NCBI RefSeq assembly: GCF_036321535.1
Contig: NC_087437.1
Location: forward strand, 119,414,001 to 119,478,000
DNA length: 64,000 nt
Source of the DNA: Camelus dromedarius
Taxonomy: Eukaryota
Direction: 5' to 3'
Below the pieces are notes generated by a model. That model saw nothing but the letters and a program-made list of their open reading frames with translations, was not told where the DNA came from and did not search any database. The position numbers and the translations under genes were made by a program. Positions 26,346 through 39,739 of this stretch are shown here, one piece after another; within the stretch, counting starts at the first letter, position 1, and each line of letters starts with the position of its first letter.

Positions 26346-28079
26346 CTGGCACTGTTCTTAAAAACGTCTATATGTTGTCCCCAAAGCCGTCAAGCCCTTG
26401 TTTGCACACCCTCCTCCTGGGCCGTCAGCCTGCTGCAGGGACCTCATGACTGTCCCCGGTCCCTCTCACAGCTTCTCAGAGCTTCTCGGCTCCTCGTGCT
26501 TTCTCTCTGCTGCAATTTAGAGATTTTGAATCTGATGCGTTTTTATAAGAATGACCTCAATTGCAGTTTTGAAGTTGGCTTCGTGAAGTTGTGATGAACC
26601 GCTTTAGGTCTTCAGAGCTTGGGCCCCTGTCCTTGGTCATTCGGTGATTCCACCTCGTGGCTGCCTCCCTGCACACGAGGCTGCCTAAGTCCTGTGCATT
26701 TACCTCCAATACACACCGGACACACTCCCTCTTCTTTCTGGAACCAACCCACTGCTCCACCTCACAGACAGTACTTTCTCCTCTGGGCTCCTACAAACAT
26801 TGACGATCGAACACTGGTTCAAGTTTTGTTGTGTTTTGGACGCACGTGGGCACATGTGTGTGTGTTCACGTGCCTGTCACATGCGTTTGTAGAACTTAAC
26901 TGTGAAGGAGCTTGTAAAACTCCAGGCTGGGGACCAAGTATTCCCCAGCTGTAGCCCTCACAGTGTCTGCCTCAAGTGGCAACTTTCATCAGAGCCGGTG
27001 CTCAATCAGTGCTTTTAAATGAACTCAAGACCCAGGTCCTCATTTACTAATGTGTCTTTTCCTTCCCGTGTTCTCTCTCCCGGCTCCGCACGTCACCCTA
27101 ACAGATCACAGCCCACGGTGCCCCACCCAGCAGCCTGCTTTCACATCTTCTCAGCCCAGGGCCACACAGGCAGAGGGGACCAGTGGAACTACTTTCATGT
27201 TTTTTTCCTGGAACCTCAAAGTCGTGCCTACTTTTAAGGTTCAACATCTGAACTTACAAAACCCGATAACAGTGAGGCATCAGAATCTCTAGAAGAGCTC
27301 AGGGTTCCTGGCGCCTTCCTCCAGAGACACTGTCTCCCCCAAAGTGGAGAAAGATAACCAGGTAGCTGGGGAGACACTCCAAAGTCTCCCCAAGAATTCA
27401 CAGTGAAACAGGAGAGATGCTATATGATGCTCTTCTGTAAGACAGCGAGCACAGCTGAGAGCTCTCCGGGCTCCTTCCAGCCGAGAAGCCTGACTCGCAG
27501 GGGCACAGCCTGTGACATGCAGGGTCGGGAAGAACAATTCCTAAAAACGGTCCCTCATGTGACGCCGTTCACCCAAACGCCAATTCAGCTTCTTAGAAAC
27601 ATGGATTTCCTCCAGCAAAATAGCCTGGGTTTCCTTTTAGAAAGCAGGCCATTTTTAAGCAGTTAAAATGTTCTTGGAAACATTTCCACATGATTGCATT
27701 CGATGCTCCGTGTTAGCATTAAAGCTAAAAATACACCCACTGCTTTTTTTGTTTTTCTCTACTTGCAATTTTGACATCTTTTACACTGACACACTCAAGA
27801 AGATGGCATTTGGTGATTAGATCTTCTATTTGGATTAAACACTGCAAGTGTTGTGTTTTTTTTCTTTCTAAGTTATGGGACATGTATAGAATAAAAAAAA
27901 ACAATAAGGCTATGAAAATGTCCAAGTGCTGTTAGAGATTGATCACCGCACAGGACGAGCCCCTTAGCTGAGAGGCAGGTGGCCTGACGGACGAAGCCCT
28001 GCACTGCCCCGTGCTGGCCATGTACCTGGACGGCCTGGCTCGTTTCCTTTACAACTAAAGCCTTGTTCCAAAACAAAAA

Positions 28080-30560
28080 ACAAACAAACAAACAAAAAAC
28101 TGGGTAGTAGAATGGTTTAGCTTTAAAAGGGCCATGTTGTAGAGCATAGGAGTCTTCAAATTCACTGAATGCTGCCAAATGGCCCTGCAAGGTGGTTGTA
28201 CTGTTTTGTACCTCATGAACGTGGGCTAGGAAACCCGTTTCTCCACATGCTTGGGGACACCTGTCACCTGTGGACTCAGAACGTTTGTCAGTCTGGTGAG
28301 TGTGCAGTGGAATTTCATTGCTTCACTTTCTAGCTCATGTTGATGGACAAACCTGAGCATCTTTTCATGTGCTTATTGGATGCTTGAGTGTCTTCTGTGA
28401 ATTTCTTGTTCACCTACTTTGCACATTTTAAATGTTAGATTGTTTGGGGGTTTTTTTCCCCGTTAGTTTGTAGGATTTCTTTAGCTAGTCCACGTGGTCC
28501 TTTGGTTGGTTTGCACATATGTAGTTTCCTAGAACAATCTTACTATAGAACTTACATTGAGATCTTAAAATAAACTGTATGGTAGCCCTTCTTTTTCTAT
28601 TGTCTGAAACATTTTGTATAAGATGATGAACTATTTCTTGAATATTTGAAAAACATTCATCTGAAATACTTGAACATTTGATAAATTTCACCTGAAAAGC
28701 TGTCTGGGATACCTTGGAAGGTTGGAAAATAAAACCACCGATTCAATCTATGAATCTAAATTTAAATTTAAATCTGAATTTAACTACCTCTTCTATAGCA
28801 TTCTGGCTATTGGTTTTCTGTTTTATGAGTTTTTATGAAGAACTCACTTTGTCGATTTGCTGCGGGGATGGCTGGGCCCTCATGCACCCTGTTCTGGCTG
28901 GCCGCCCGCACCGCCCACGCCGCCCACGCTGCCAGGACCGCCCACGCCACCGGGGCCACCCAGGCCACCAGGGCCCGCGGCTTGGCACTTCTGTTATAAT
29001 TGCCTAACTCAAGAGTCAAGGAGGAGAGCATTTACCTTTTGTCAACATTTTTGAAGTGTTTGTATTTTCGGTTGGTAGTTTTATTGCACTGAAGTCTCAG
29101 AGTGTGTTCTGGATGACGACAGTTGAAAAAATTTTTTTGAAACTTAAAGAAACAGCCCTTCACTTATTGCTCACTAACCTGGTTCCACATGCGCTTGGAG
29201 GAAAGCACACTCTGGTTCTTAGATGCCCACCGCTGGCCATTGCTGTGGGCACTCAGGCTTCAACCTGTCTGGATCTATTAGACAGTGTAGAATTCTCCCA
29301 GACTTTTCTGGCCAAGAAATGAAGGACTAGGAACGACTGTGTCCCACACACGGGGCTGCTCTGGGCTGAGTGCCGGGTGGGGTCCTGCTGGCATCAGAGA
29401 AGACGTGACAGATGGGGGGCTGGGAGGGGCTGCGGTGAGGGTCGTCGCCCCGAAGCTGAGGCCGTGGCTGGCGTCAGACGGAGGCTGGGCTGAGCTGAGC
29501 TGTGCGCGAGGCGTCCGGTGCCGTGGTCTTCTGGTTAATTAATGTCTGTTACACATTTATTAGTTTCTTCCCTCTGTTTCCCTTGTGCTTATTTGCTTGT
29601 TCTTTTTCTAACCTCTTATGTTGGAAATATTTTTTTTATTATTTTAGCCTCTCATTTTTTCTAACATAAGCTGTGAGTTAAAAAAAATTTTTTGAGGTAT
29701 CAATGCAGAAAATTATGTAAGTTTCAGGTGTATAACGTGGTGATTCACAGCTTTTAAAGGTTATACTCTATTTATAGTTACTATAAAATCTTGGCTATAT
29801 TCCCAGTGCCCTACAGTATACATCCTCGTAGCGTGTGTGTTTTATACACGGTAGTTTGTACCTCTTGGTCCCTTGCCCCTCAGCATGAAAGTGGAGAGAG
29901 CAGCGTAACAAGCCGCCGTGCCCTCCATGCAGCTTTAAGAAGTGTCTGTCTGTCTGTTTCTTCAAAGAGAAAGACAAAGACAGAGACAGAGAGAGAAGAA
30001 TAACGGGAACATATTGACCAAAGAATACATACTAGCATCAGACGAAATAACATTTAAGGCAAAATCATGAACAGTAAATGGAGAGTGTCAGTCCCCAGGC
30101 TGCGGTTCACTCACAGGACAACCTGACACGCACTCAGCTTTAAGAACCATCAACGAACCATCAACATACCTGTTTTTATTTTCGGCCCTTTTTAAACAGT
30201 TAGGCTGACTATTGGTTTTTCTATTCTGGAAATTTTTTTTCCCAAAGAATCAATCAATCAATCAATCAGTCTGTCTGTCTGTCTGTCTGTCTGTCTATTC
30301 AGTATTTCATTCAATCAACAAATCAACTGATTTGTAACTCAGTAATTCTTACCGTTATCTATACTGACCTGCCAGATACAAAGTGTTCTAATTTTTATTT
30401 CATTAATTCTGTCCTTCATTTCCAAGAGTTTCAAGTGGCTCTTTTATAGACACATGTTTTGTTTGTCTGTCAGGTCATTTTTTCTTTTTAAACAATTTAA
30501 GTGATTTTTTTCATTAATTTCTGCCAGACTATCTGATAAAATAAATTTTATTTGAAGTGA
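28080..30560. mobile_element. Patchy ancient L1 fragments with an L1 3' end at ~29690-29880
   Basis: gagcatcttttcatgtgcttattgg, atttgataaatttcacctgaaaagctgtctgg and gtttcaggtgtataacgtggtgattcacag motifs; interleaved non-L1 GC-rich segments. Confidence 0.65.
30248..30296. repeat. Compound (AATC)n(TGTC)n microsatellite
   Basis: Direct read. Confidence 0.9.
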
Positions 30561-30676
30561 ATTCATGTTCCACTGTTGGTTTTGTTGGCTAATCATTTGT
30601 CCTTTGGGTTTATTTAGGCAAATAAACTATTCAAAGCCATATTTTTTGGTTTTGTTTTGTTTTGGAAAAGGTAAAA

Positions 30677-30736
30677 GTGTGTGTGTGTCTGTGTGTCTCT
30701 CTGTGTGTGTGTGTGTGTGTGTGTGAGTGTGTGTGT
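30677..30736. repeat. Interrupted (TG)n microsatellite
   Basis: Direct read. Confidence 0.9.
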
Positions 30737-32072
30737 CTATGCAGAAAAGCAGTGAGGAGCTCCTTCAGTTCAGACACCAGGGACCTACTGGAAAACTAGA
30801 CCTGACTTTTTTTTTAAACCTCAGTGGTTAGAAGGTGGGGGAAAGTGTTTTAAAACCATAAGCAATGCCTTTGCCCAGAGGTGAAGAATCCCTTGGGCAG
30901 TCGGTCTCATGGCTCGGTGAGCCTCCCGTGCATGTGATGTGTGTTTGGCTGGTGGCAGGAGGAGGCGGAGACGGGGCAGCTGAGGGAGCTCTTGGCGACC
31001 CCTGTCCAAGGTGAGCCTGCGTGGCTTCTTCCAGCCCACAAGGACCCATGGCTACACAAGTCATTCTTCAAAATTAAAAAAGTTTAAAACCAAGGGTAAT
31101 AAAGCCTCAAACCACAGCACTCCCTAGTTATTTGACCATGCTTTACCCTTGCTGGGGTTCCCGAGGCTGTAGCCGTGGGCTGGGAAGACTCCATGACGGT
31201 CTCTGCCTGACGCTGTGGTCAGCAGAGTCGTGTTGGGAGCTTGAAGCTGGCCCTGGTGGGAGCACTTACACCTTGGAGACTGGCAAACTCTGCGAGTCAG
31301 CGGTCTCCCCCCTTCCCCCAAACCCCTGCTGACTGCCAGCTGTCGGCCATTTCCAGCGCACCAGTGCCTGAGGCTGTAGCGTTCTGGTTTTCCAGGTTAA
31401 TGAGACCCCACTCAGCCCTCACATCTGCCTCGTTTTGGTCGGAATAGGAGCTTAGCGATGTAGGTGACGACTCTCCTATTGGAAGGTGAGTGTCTCACCA
31501 TCTTAAGTGAATAAATGGACAAAGCAGTCCTTCTGAAACAAAACAAAGCAAAAAACTCCATCTCAAACATTAGAGGAAAAACTGGAGAAAAAGATGCAAA
31601 AGAAAAATTGCTTGCCAATTTCTTAGAAACAAAGATAAGGACAGATCACGGCTCACAGAGGGAGAGCGGAACGTTATCGACAGTTCTCAGAATGAAGCTG
31701 GGACGAGGTGGTGTTTAGATCAACTGAGAAATCACAGAGGAAAAAAGGTAGCGAGGGTTGCTTTCATTCGCAAAAAAAAAAAAAAAAAAAAGAAAGAAAG
31801 AAAAAAAAATGAAAAAAATTAGCAGCAAACGCCACGTTCACACATCAGGGAAAGGCTGATGGTGTTTACAAGTCAGCGGGCAGCTCTGTGGCCGATAAAA
31901 TACTTGCTGGACATCCATCTACCGCCGCGGAACACTTCCGTGTGAGGAGCAAAGGAAGGTGGCTGGTCTAATTCCACATCTGCCAGAAGAAAGCAACACC
32001 TCACAGAAATCGCAGACACACGCGCACACGCAGTTGCCCGCTTTACGACTAAAGAGGAAGCTGTGGGAGATG

Positions 32073-32310
32073 CTGTCTCGGTCTGCTCAGGCTGCTGTGA
32101 GACACCACAGACTGAGGGGCTCATAAACCACAGAAATTTCTTTCTTGCAGCTCTGGAAGCTGGAAGTCCAAGGTCTGGGCACTCGCATGGTCGGGCTCTG
32201 GTGAGAGCCCTGTTTCGGGTCACAGGTGTCCGTCCTCTCCTCCAAACACCGTCACAGTGTGGGTCAGGGCTTCAATATAGGAATCTGGGGGTGGGGACAC
32301 AGGTCAGTGC
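32073..32310. mobile_element. MaLR LTR (MLT1A-like), internally deleted
   Basis: gctcaggctgct...ccacagactg..gggct.ataaac.acagaaattt...ctggaagctggaagtccaag motif. Confidence 0.8.
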
Positions 32311-32799
32311 TCAGCAGATGCGCCCCCAGCGTTTTACACTGGTGTCTTGTATGTATGACACAGATAAAGAAGGCTGTAAGCATTTGTTTCACACATCTTT
32401 ATTTTTGTCATAATAAGCATGTATAATGTGTCTTATTTGCAAAAGAGATCTTTCTCTTATCCTTTCTGAAAAATTTAGTCCTAAAGTCCTTAGGTGGGCT
32501 GAGCAGGACAGCCCCTAGCGTGGGGACGGTGCCAGGGGTCAGAGGGAGGGGCCGGGGCTTGAATGGGACAAGGACGGTCTGCACGGATGGGAGACGTGCC
32601 AGGGTGAGGGGGGGTGTCCTTGGGGGTGGGGCTGCCCTGCGCAGCCTACGTCCGGCAAGTCTATCCCACTTCCTGCTCCTACGTCTTCAGGATTAATGTA
32701 AGGCTTGGGAACAGACATTCTCGGTGCTGCCAGTTTGAGTTTAGATCATTACGAAAGATGTTTTGATGGTTCTGAATAAATAAGAACATGCAGGAGGCA

Positions 32800-32960
32800 G
32801 CCTGTGGTGGGTGGTCAGGAGCCCTGGCCTTGGAACCAACGGGACCAGGATCCAGCTGCCCCACTCGCCGCGTGCCCTGGACAAGCTTTGGACACCTCTG
32901 AGCCTCGGCTGCCTCGTTGGTAAAATGGGGCTAATATGGGGTGATCAGTTCATGCTGGTT
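32800..32960. mobile_element. MIR SINE
   Basis: ccctggacaagc...acctctgagcctcggctgcctc.ttggtaaaatgggg core. Confidence 0.7.
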
Positions 32961-35900
32961 TCAGCACAGAAAGTCTCCTGTCCCAGGAGCTCCTATCCCC
33001 TCCTCCCCGAGTCCTGGGAAAGCTTGACAGTGGTTCCCCCTGAATAATACCCCCCAGCTAGGGTATCCTAAGGAGTGAAACGCAGGAAGCATGCGGGAAC
33101 AGCCCAGGAAGGTGCCAGGTATGCGTAAAGCGCTTGGTAAAAGGCAATTATTTTTCACAATAATGAAACCTCTGCAAACATCTTCTACTTGGGAGAAAGT
33201 GTGAAACACCAAAATCTAGTGTAACAAGCAGATTAGGGGTATAAACGAGCCAGCTGATCAGAAGTCTATGTTGGAATGTTTATATTTTACTTAACTCCGC
33301 AGGCCAGTGACAGGGCGAAAGGATGGAGGGAGCTGGTGCCCAGGTGCCCCCCTCCCCCACCTTCAGTGCGAGAACTGTTAAGTCTGCTGGACCTGCAACA
33401 GCTCTACCAGGGATCAGTGCGTGGGGACAACACCCCAGAGGGCAAGCAGCCCAGCCATCAGCAGCCTGAGGCCACCAGGCTGTTAGAGGCGCAGGGGCCT
33501 GACCATCCGCCTCCTCCCCTCGGGTGGAGAGGGGCTGCCGGGAGCCCTGGCAACAAGAAAGCCGAAACGAGAAACCAGGGTATTTTCTGTGATCGGATCT
33601 CGCAGCTGAGGCCCTGAAACCAGGCAGCGTGGAGGAGCAGGGCAGCCGGTCCTTAGGGAGCTGGCTCTGGAACACGGAGCAAACCTCCACCAGGAAGAGC
33701 TTTGTCCTCAGCCTGGAATCCAGGCCTCGGGGCGGAAGGCAGATCAAGATGGCAAAGGGGTCCCGGCTGGGTGTTGGCTCATTTAAAATCTGTTTTATCG
33801 TCCAACTACGGTATTTGGCTCTACCAACTAGTTATCTGTCCATGATCTATGTATCTGTCTGTCTGTCTGTCTATTTATCTATCTTTCACTCATTCATTCA
33901 GAAAGGTGTCCTAAATGTGATTACTTCATGTGGGTTGCACTCACTTATATTAATAAAAAGATATCTTTTTTATTTAAAAAGCACCAAAAATTTACAGCGG
34001 ATTTCAGTGGAAAGCTGACCTCTGCAGGGGTCAGGGCGCGAGCCGGCTTTCCCACCTGCAGTTCCCCGCCCCGCACACGCGGCTCTGCTGGAAGGGCTGG
34101 TCGCGGTTCCGTGAGTGCTTCTAGGTCCACGGTCCCTGGACTGTGCTGCAGCAAACTCTTCCAGTGGAGCGTCTTGAACACTGAAATCCCCTCCACTCTC
34201 CTAGGCCTCCTGCCAGGCTCCCGCCGAGGCTTGTACACGCCTGAACAGGAGAAACACCACGTCAGGAGAAGTCCCCGAGCCCACCTGGAAACTTGCACTT
34301 GAGGGGCACTTGCCCGTGGAAAGCATTTTGAAGTGATAATGATGAAACTTCAGCATTTTAGAGATAAAGCATCGCTTAGATCGTGTTGCAAAACAATCAA
34401 TAAAATAGTATTTTACCTCCCCAAATATATTAATATACAAACTTGCAGGGGCACAAAGTACAATGAGATACCATTACAGTAAAAATCCAGGTGAATGTAT
34501 AGTGGCTGCAAACATGGCAAACACACTGCATTGTTGAAGTTTTCTGGATACTGAAGTTAGAAACATACTTTTTCAACAGTAGTGATTTCAGCTATCCAGG
34601 TGAAAGTTAATTTTATGCACCAAAAAGCAACACCTTTCCCCCAGAACATGACCACTTTCTTTTTCTGTTCATTGCACGCACATCATTTGGTGTAGAACAG
34701 TTTACGATTTATGTACAGAATTGTACAGTCTTTGACAAGTAATGTTTCTATGATGGACTTTGGAAAAAGATCCAAGGGTCTGCTAGTATATAAGAGCACA
34801 CCTTTCCCTGGGGAATTCTGAAAGTACAGCAGGTGCTGACTTTCCCAACCAGGGTGTAGTGCACTCAGCTGACTGCCCCCACCTCTTCCCTTGGCAGACA
34901 TCGCTAGTCGATCACAGAACCAGGTCCTGCTGAGCCTGGACTTGGTATAATGAGGATTAAGGCAATGACAGCCTTACTGATGGATCCACTCAGCCTGTGG
35001 GATGAACCCTACCTGCTCTCCTCTGGGCTAAATCCTTTATCTTGACAGGGAGCTCTGGCTGGGCCCGCTTCATCCACCCTTGCTTGTGTGGGAGATCAGA
35101 AATTTAGCACAACATGCAAGCTTCCCCTTTCAGAGATTGCTGGGCTGGCTGATATCCTTAACGTACAAAAGGCTGCCTCAGCCTGGGGCTCAGCTCAGCT
35201 CGATTTTCCTCTCTGGCCCTGGGGTTGCCACCACAGCCCTGGACCACCCTCTGGGTGATGCCGACCACAGTGACCCATTCACTGACCCCCACCTGGACCA
35301 GGTAGGTGTCCTGGTAGGGACCCGCATCACTGAACACTGATCTTCTGCAGAGGGAAGAAGCTGGTACCCTGCCTCCTGGAGTCTGAGGCTGGACTGGGGA
35401 CATTTCCCACCAAGCGCAGAATTGTAGGGCCCTCTCTACCGAGCGTTCCACAATTTAGTGCCGTGAAGAATTGCAGTAATGCAGCTTATCTACAAATGAA
35501 ACAAAAACAGGCTTTTATGGGCTGGCCTGGGAACCTAACCCCTGTGTCTATGGGAAAAAGCATTCTCAGTGCTCAGCAATAAGCCTGAAAAAGTCCTGGC
35601 ACACCCTGTGGGGACTGCCAGAGCTCCGGCTGCAGCGTGTCCCCCGTGGGCCTGGCTCGGTGCCGCCATGCTGCTGATGGTACCACGTGCCGCGAGCCGG
35701 GAATCCTTCAGCCCTGGTGGTGCCAGAACCTGGGGAGGGAGCGGAACTGAAAAATCCTTTCCTCGGGGCTCCATCAGGATTTTGCAAAGAGAGTCTAATA
35801 TTCAAGTCTTTACATGGAGATTTCTATGATTTCAAAAGGCAAAAAGTTTGCCTTTGGAAGTCAATGTCCTGATAACAAGGGCACGTTTTTATTCTGGGCT

Positions 35901-36444
35901 CGGCGTGACTTAAAGAACACGCCCAGGAGACAGGGAGGCTGACGCTGAGCCACACTGCTGTTCCCCGGCTGTCATCCCTTCAGCCTTGTTGGAAGAGGAC
36001 CGTGTGCAGCCTGATGGAATTTTCTTAGATGCACAGTGGTCAAGGCTGGTTCTCATGGGTTCCAGACATGGATGATGCTTCTGTGTTCCGTGCTCTGGGT
36101 CACCTCGCACAACCTGCTCCGGCTTTCTTGTCATCACCCAGATCCTGACTATGACAAACACCTTCCATGTTTGGTGGTGACTGTGTGTGGGGGTTTGCAG
36201 CAGATTAGGTGAGGAGTACCCACTGCAGATCCCCAGACACCTGAGAGTCCTGCCTTCAGGGTCCTCTGGTCCCGAGGGAAGGGCTTGCTAGCTTTGCTTT
36301 TGTCTCTCCTCTGGGGTCCAGGGTCACAGACAGCCTTCCCTTTGGCTGCTGGGATGGCCCTGGCCAATTAGTCAGGACCCAGGCTGTTGTGGTGAGCAGA
36401 TTTGAAGGTTGGCCAAAATGCTTGTGATTTATATCAACTCACAG

Positions 36445-36446
<2 letters not shown>

Positions 36447-36482
<36 letters not shown>
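36447..36482. repeat. (CT)18 microsatellite
   Basis: Direct read. Confidence 0.95.
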
Positions 36483-36484
<2 letters not shown>

Positions 36485-38089
36485 TTTTCAGTCCTAATTG
36501 TGTGAGACAGTCTTACATGGTTTTCCAGTGTCCATGTTCTGAAATTATTCCATGGATAGAGTTGCTGTAAGAATCTGCCACTAACCACCAGGAGCATCCT
36601 AGGACCCCTCTTCCTGTGTCCGGGAGCAAACAACTCTGCCCCCAACCGCCTACGTCCTCTTGTTCAGGTGTCCGTAGTTCTTAAGTCCTTTAGCCTTTAG
36701 CACGTGGAGGAAATACTGTTTTGGAATTGAAACTGAGGTAACTGACCAGAGCTTATGCTCCACGTCTCATTTCTCATCCTGCAGTTCATCAGGACAGAGC
36801 CACCCCGGCCCTGGTGTCCTTGTGGGCCTGAGCCCGCCCACCACAATCCTGCCCTGGAGTGACCTCAGACCACGTGGCCCTGTGGACCTCAGCTGGACTG
36901 ACTCAGGCCAACGGGCCAGGTGAGGTAAGGAGGACGGCCACCTCCAGCAGGGGGCAAAATGACCACGAATGTGAGTGGGGGACAGGCGAAGGGTTGTGAG
37001 AGAAATGGGGTGGCGGGGGGCACCTGGCCCTCTGTCCACCTGGGCTGCTCCCACGGCTCAGGATGGGCTTCAAGGTGTGGCCACCGCAGTTCCCTTTCCT
37101 GAATCCCACCCAGGGGTCCTGATTCACGGGTCTGGGGTGACCTGGAGGCATCATTATTTTTAAACAGACCCTCCCCCAGGAGGTTCTACTGGGCAGCCTG
37201 GTTTGGGCACGACTTACTGTACTGTGTGTCACCAGCGCAGGGGACAGGAGGTCTGCTCATGTTAGGTGTGTGCTGGGGGGAGGCGGAGGGTTAGGTACCA
37301 ACAACTCACAACAGGAAAGGGGTCCACAGCCTCACCTTCAGGGCAGACTTCACGGTGACACCACATCCGCAGGGAGGCAGAGATGCTGTGGGCACTCAGA
37401 GGAGCTGGTTCGACTCACAGTCCTTACCCACTAACCGATGTGGGTGGAGTGTCTCATGGGGTCCCGGGTGATTTTAACAGCGTGTCAAGTTTAGGCACAG
37501 GGCGCTCCTTCTCAAGTCTGGATTTGTATGTGAATCACCTGGGGGCTGTTCAGACTCTGATGCCCAGACCGTATTCTGTCAGAGTCTCAGGGGCCTTATT
37601 GTGGGGATCCCGGGCTGCTGGCACCAGGAAAGGACGGGGAGAGTGTGGGGGAGCTGGTGACCATCCTGGGCGGGTCACTGCGGTGGGGACCGGAGGAGGC
37701 GCTGGAAAGGCATGTTTCCATCATCTCTGTTCCTGAGATGATGAAGCAAAGGAGGAGGAAGGTGACATCTGGTGTGACTGGTCTCTCCGCCAGCCTATGA
37801 GGCCCCCACGTCTGTGATTCTGTGACGGGGCTCACAGGCACCCACACTCTGCTGTCACACAGGGGGACCCGGAGCAGGAACAGAGAGGGCTCCTAAGTGT
37901 TGCGGCTCTTGGCCTCTCTCAGGAGTGAATCGAGTGCCCCAAACGCAGTCACATGGCTGTTGGCACCGGTTTCCCCCCAGGCGGAGGCACACTTGTTCCC
38001 TGCCTGTTTAAGGTACTGTTAGTGCTGTCAGTGCTTGGGAGGGAGACGTCTTGAGCTGGAAGAGGGTCAAGACCCCAGGCAGGGAATGG

Positions 38090-38523
38090 GGGACAACCAG
38101 ACAATGGGCGTGGCTAGGACAGCTGGACAGAGTGGGATGGACGACCAGAAGATGGGCGTGGCTAGGACAGCTGGACAGAGTGGGATGGACGACCAGACTA
38201 TGGGCGTGGCTAGGACAGCTGGACAGAGTGGGATGGACGACCAGACAATGGGCTTGGCTAGGACAGCTGGACAGAGTGGGATGGACGACCAGAAGATGGG
38301 CGTGGCTAGGACAGCTGGACAGAGTGGGATGGACGACCAGACTATGGGCGTGGCTAGGACAGCTGGACAGAGTGGGATGGACGACCAGAAGATGGGCGTG
38401 GCTAGGACAGCTGGACAGAGTGGGATGGACGACCAGACAATGGGCGTGGCTAGGACAGCTGGACAGAGTGGGATGGACGACCAGACAATGGGCGTGGCTA
38501 GGACAGCTGGACAGAGTGGGATG
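38090..38523. repeat. 48-bp minisatellite, ~9 copies
   Basis: Unit ATGGGCGTGGCTAGGACAGCTGGACAGAGTGGGATGGACGACCAG(ACA/AAG/ACT) starts at 38104, 38152, 38200, 38248, 38296, 38344, 38392, 38440 and 38488 (last one partial). Confidence 0.97.
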
Positions 38524-39739
38524 CTAACAGAACCGTGGTGATGTCAGGCTACATAAATGGTGTCCGCTCAGATGTGTGTCCTGCTGTCCTCCAGTGAGGG
38601 GAGAGGGGACATTCGGGCCTCTGGGAAGCATGGTGTGGGCACTTCCTCTTAGAAAGGGCCTTGGAACCGAAGAACATCCTGAGAAAGGTGACCAGAGCCA
38701 GTGTTGGGTGAAGGAACCAAGGATGCTCAGGTTGGAGACACTAAGGGCAGTGTGAGGACAGTGGGGTGCTGGTGCCCGGCCAGGAGTGGCCAGCACGGTG
38801 GGGATGAGGCTGGTTGGGTAAGCGGGGGGGCCAGAGAGTGTCCAGGGACATTGGACCTCATAAAGTAGACCCAAGGCCGTTCCCGGGTCCACGGGGCCCT
38901 CAGCACAGTGCTCACGGCTCGGTTCCAGGTCTGAATCCTTGCCTGGCAGGGTTTCCCTATTTATCCCCTACCAGGCACTGCCAGCTGACAGCCCACGTAG
39001 CACTTCTAACCTCTCAAATGGTCAAGAGCTGAAAACTTGGTACAATTGAAATAGTCAAGTTATCTGCATTGTGTCAAAGTCTCAACTGTGCAGTAATTGA
39101 CACATAAAAACCCCAGACCCGCTTGAGTTCTTCCATAAGAGACATTTCGCACACAAGTCTCACGTGGGGCTGGTCTCCGACTCACCACAGACCTTTACAG
39201 AATCCCTCAAAATCCGCCACCCACAGATGCAGACGCAACCCCGGGGAACCAGTGACGGTACCCATGAGTTACGTTTGTTGTCAAGAGGACAGGGTCTGTG
39301 ATGTGCACAACATGCTATTTTAATTAAATTGCCCATCTGGACAATTCTAGGACTTTTTAAAAAATAGAAACATTTTATTCAAATTGTGGGTTGTCATTGG
39401 GTGCACTGGCAATCCTCAGTGTGGATGGGCCAATTGCAAGGAAAATGGTGAAAATGGTTTTAACCTTAGACCGGGTGTTGCCCAAGACAACTTCCCAAAC
39501 CCTCCGTGGGGAAGGGAGGACGCCTCCTGATCTCCAGCGACGCAACATGACCTGAGCTGCTGCACTGGTGCTACCACAGCGACGGGCACCTCCCGCCTGG
39601 CTCCTGGGGCGCAGGCACAGAGCTCTAGGGCAAATCCACCAAACACCCAGGCTGGGAGGTGAAAGGTAATGAACGCAAGAGCGAGAGCAGCAGAGGTCAG
39701 GAGACGCGTTTCATTTCTTCTCTGTGGAAATGGCTGGTG

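Noticed and set aside
35158..35195. RLPQP peptide resembling a human ABCG1 alternative N-terminus
   Set aside because: Five residues, no ATG and no splice donor; likely chance.
38035..38541. Repetitive 168-aa and 158-aa ORFs; CRISPR-like appearance
   Set aside because: The unit is 48 bp (a multiple of 3), so frames stay open trivially. There are no unique spacers and no cas genes, and the context is eukaryotic.
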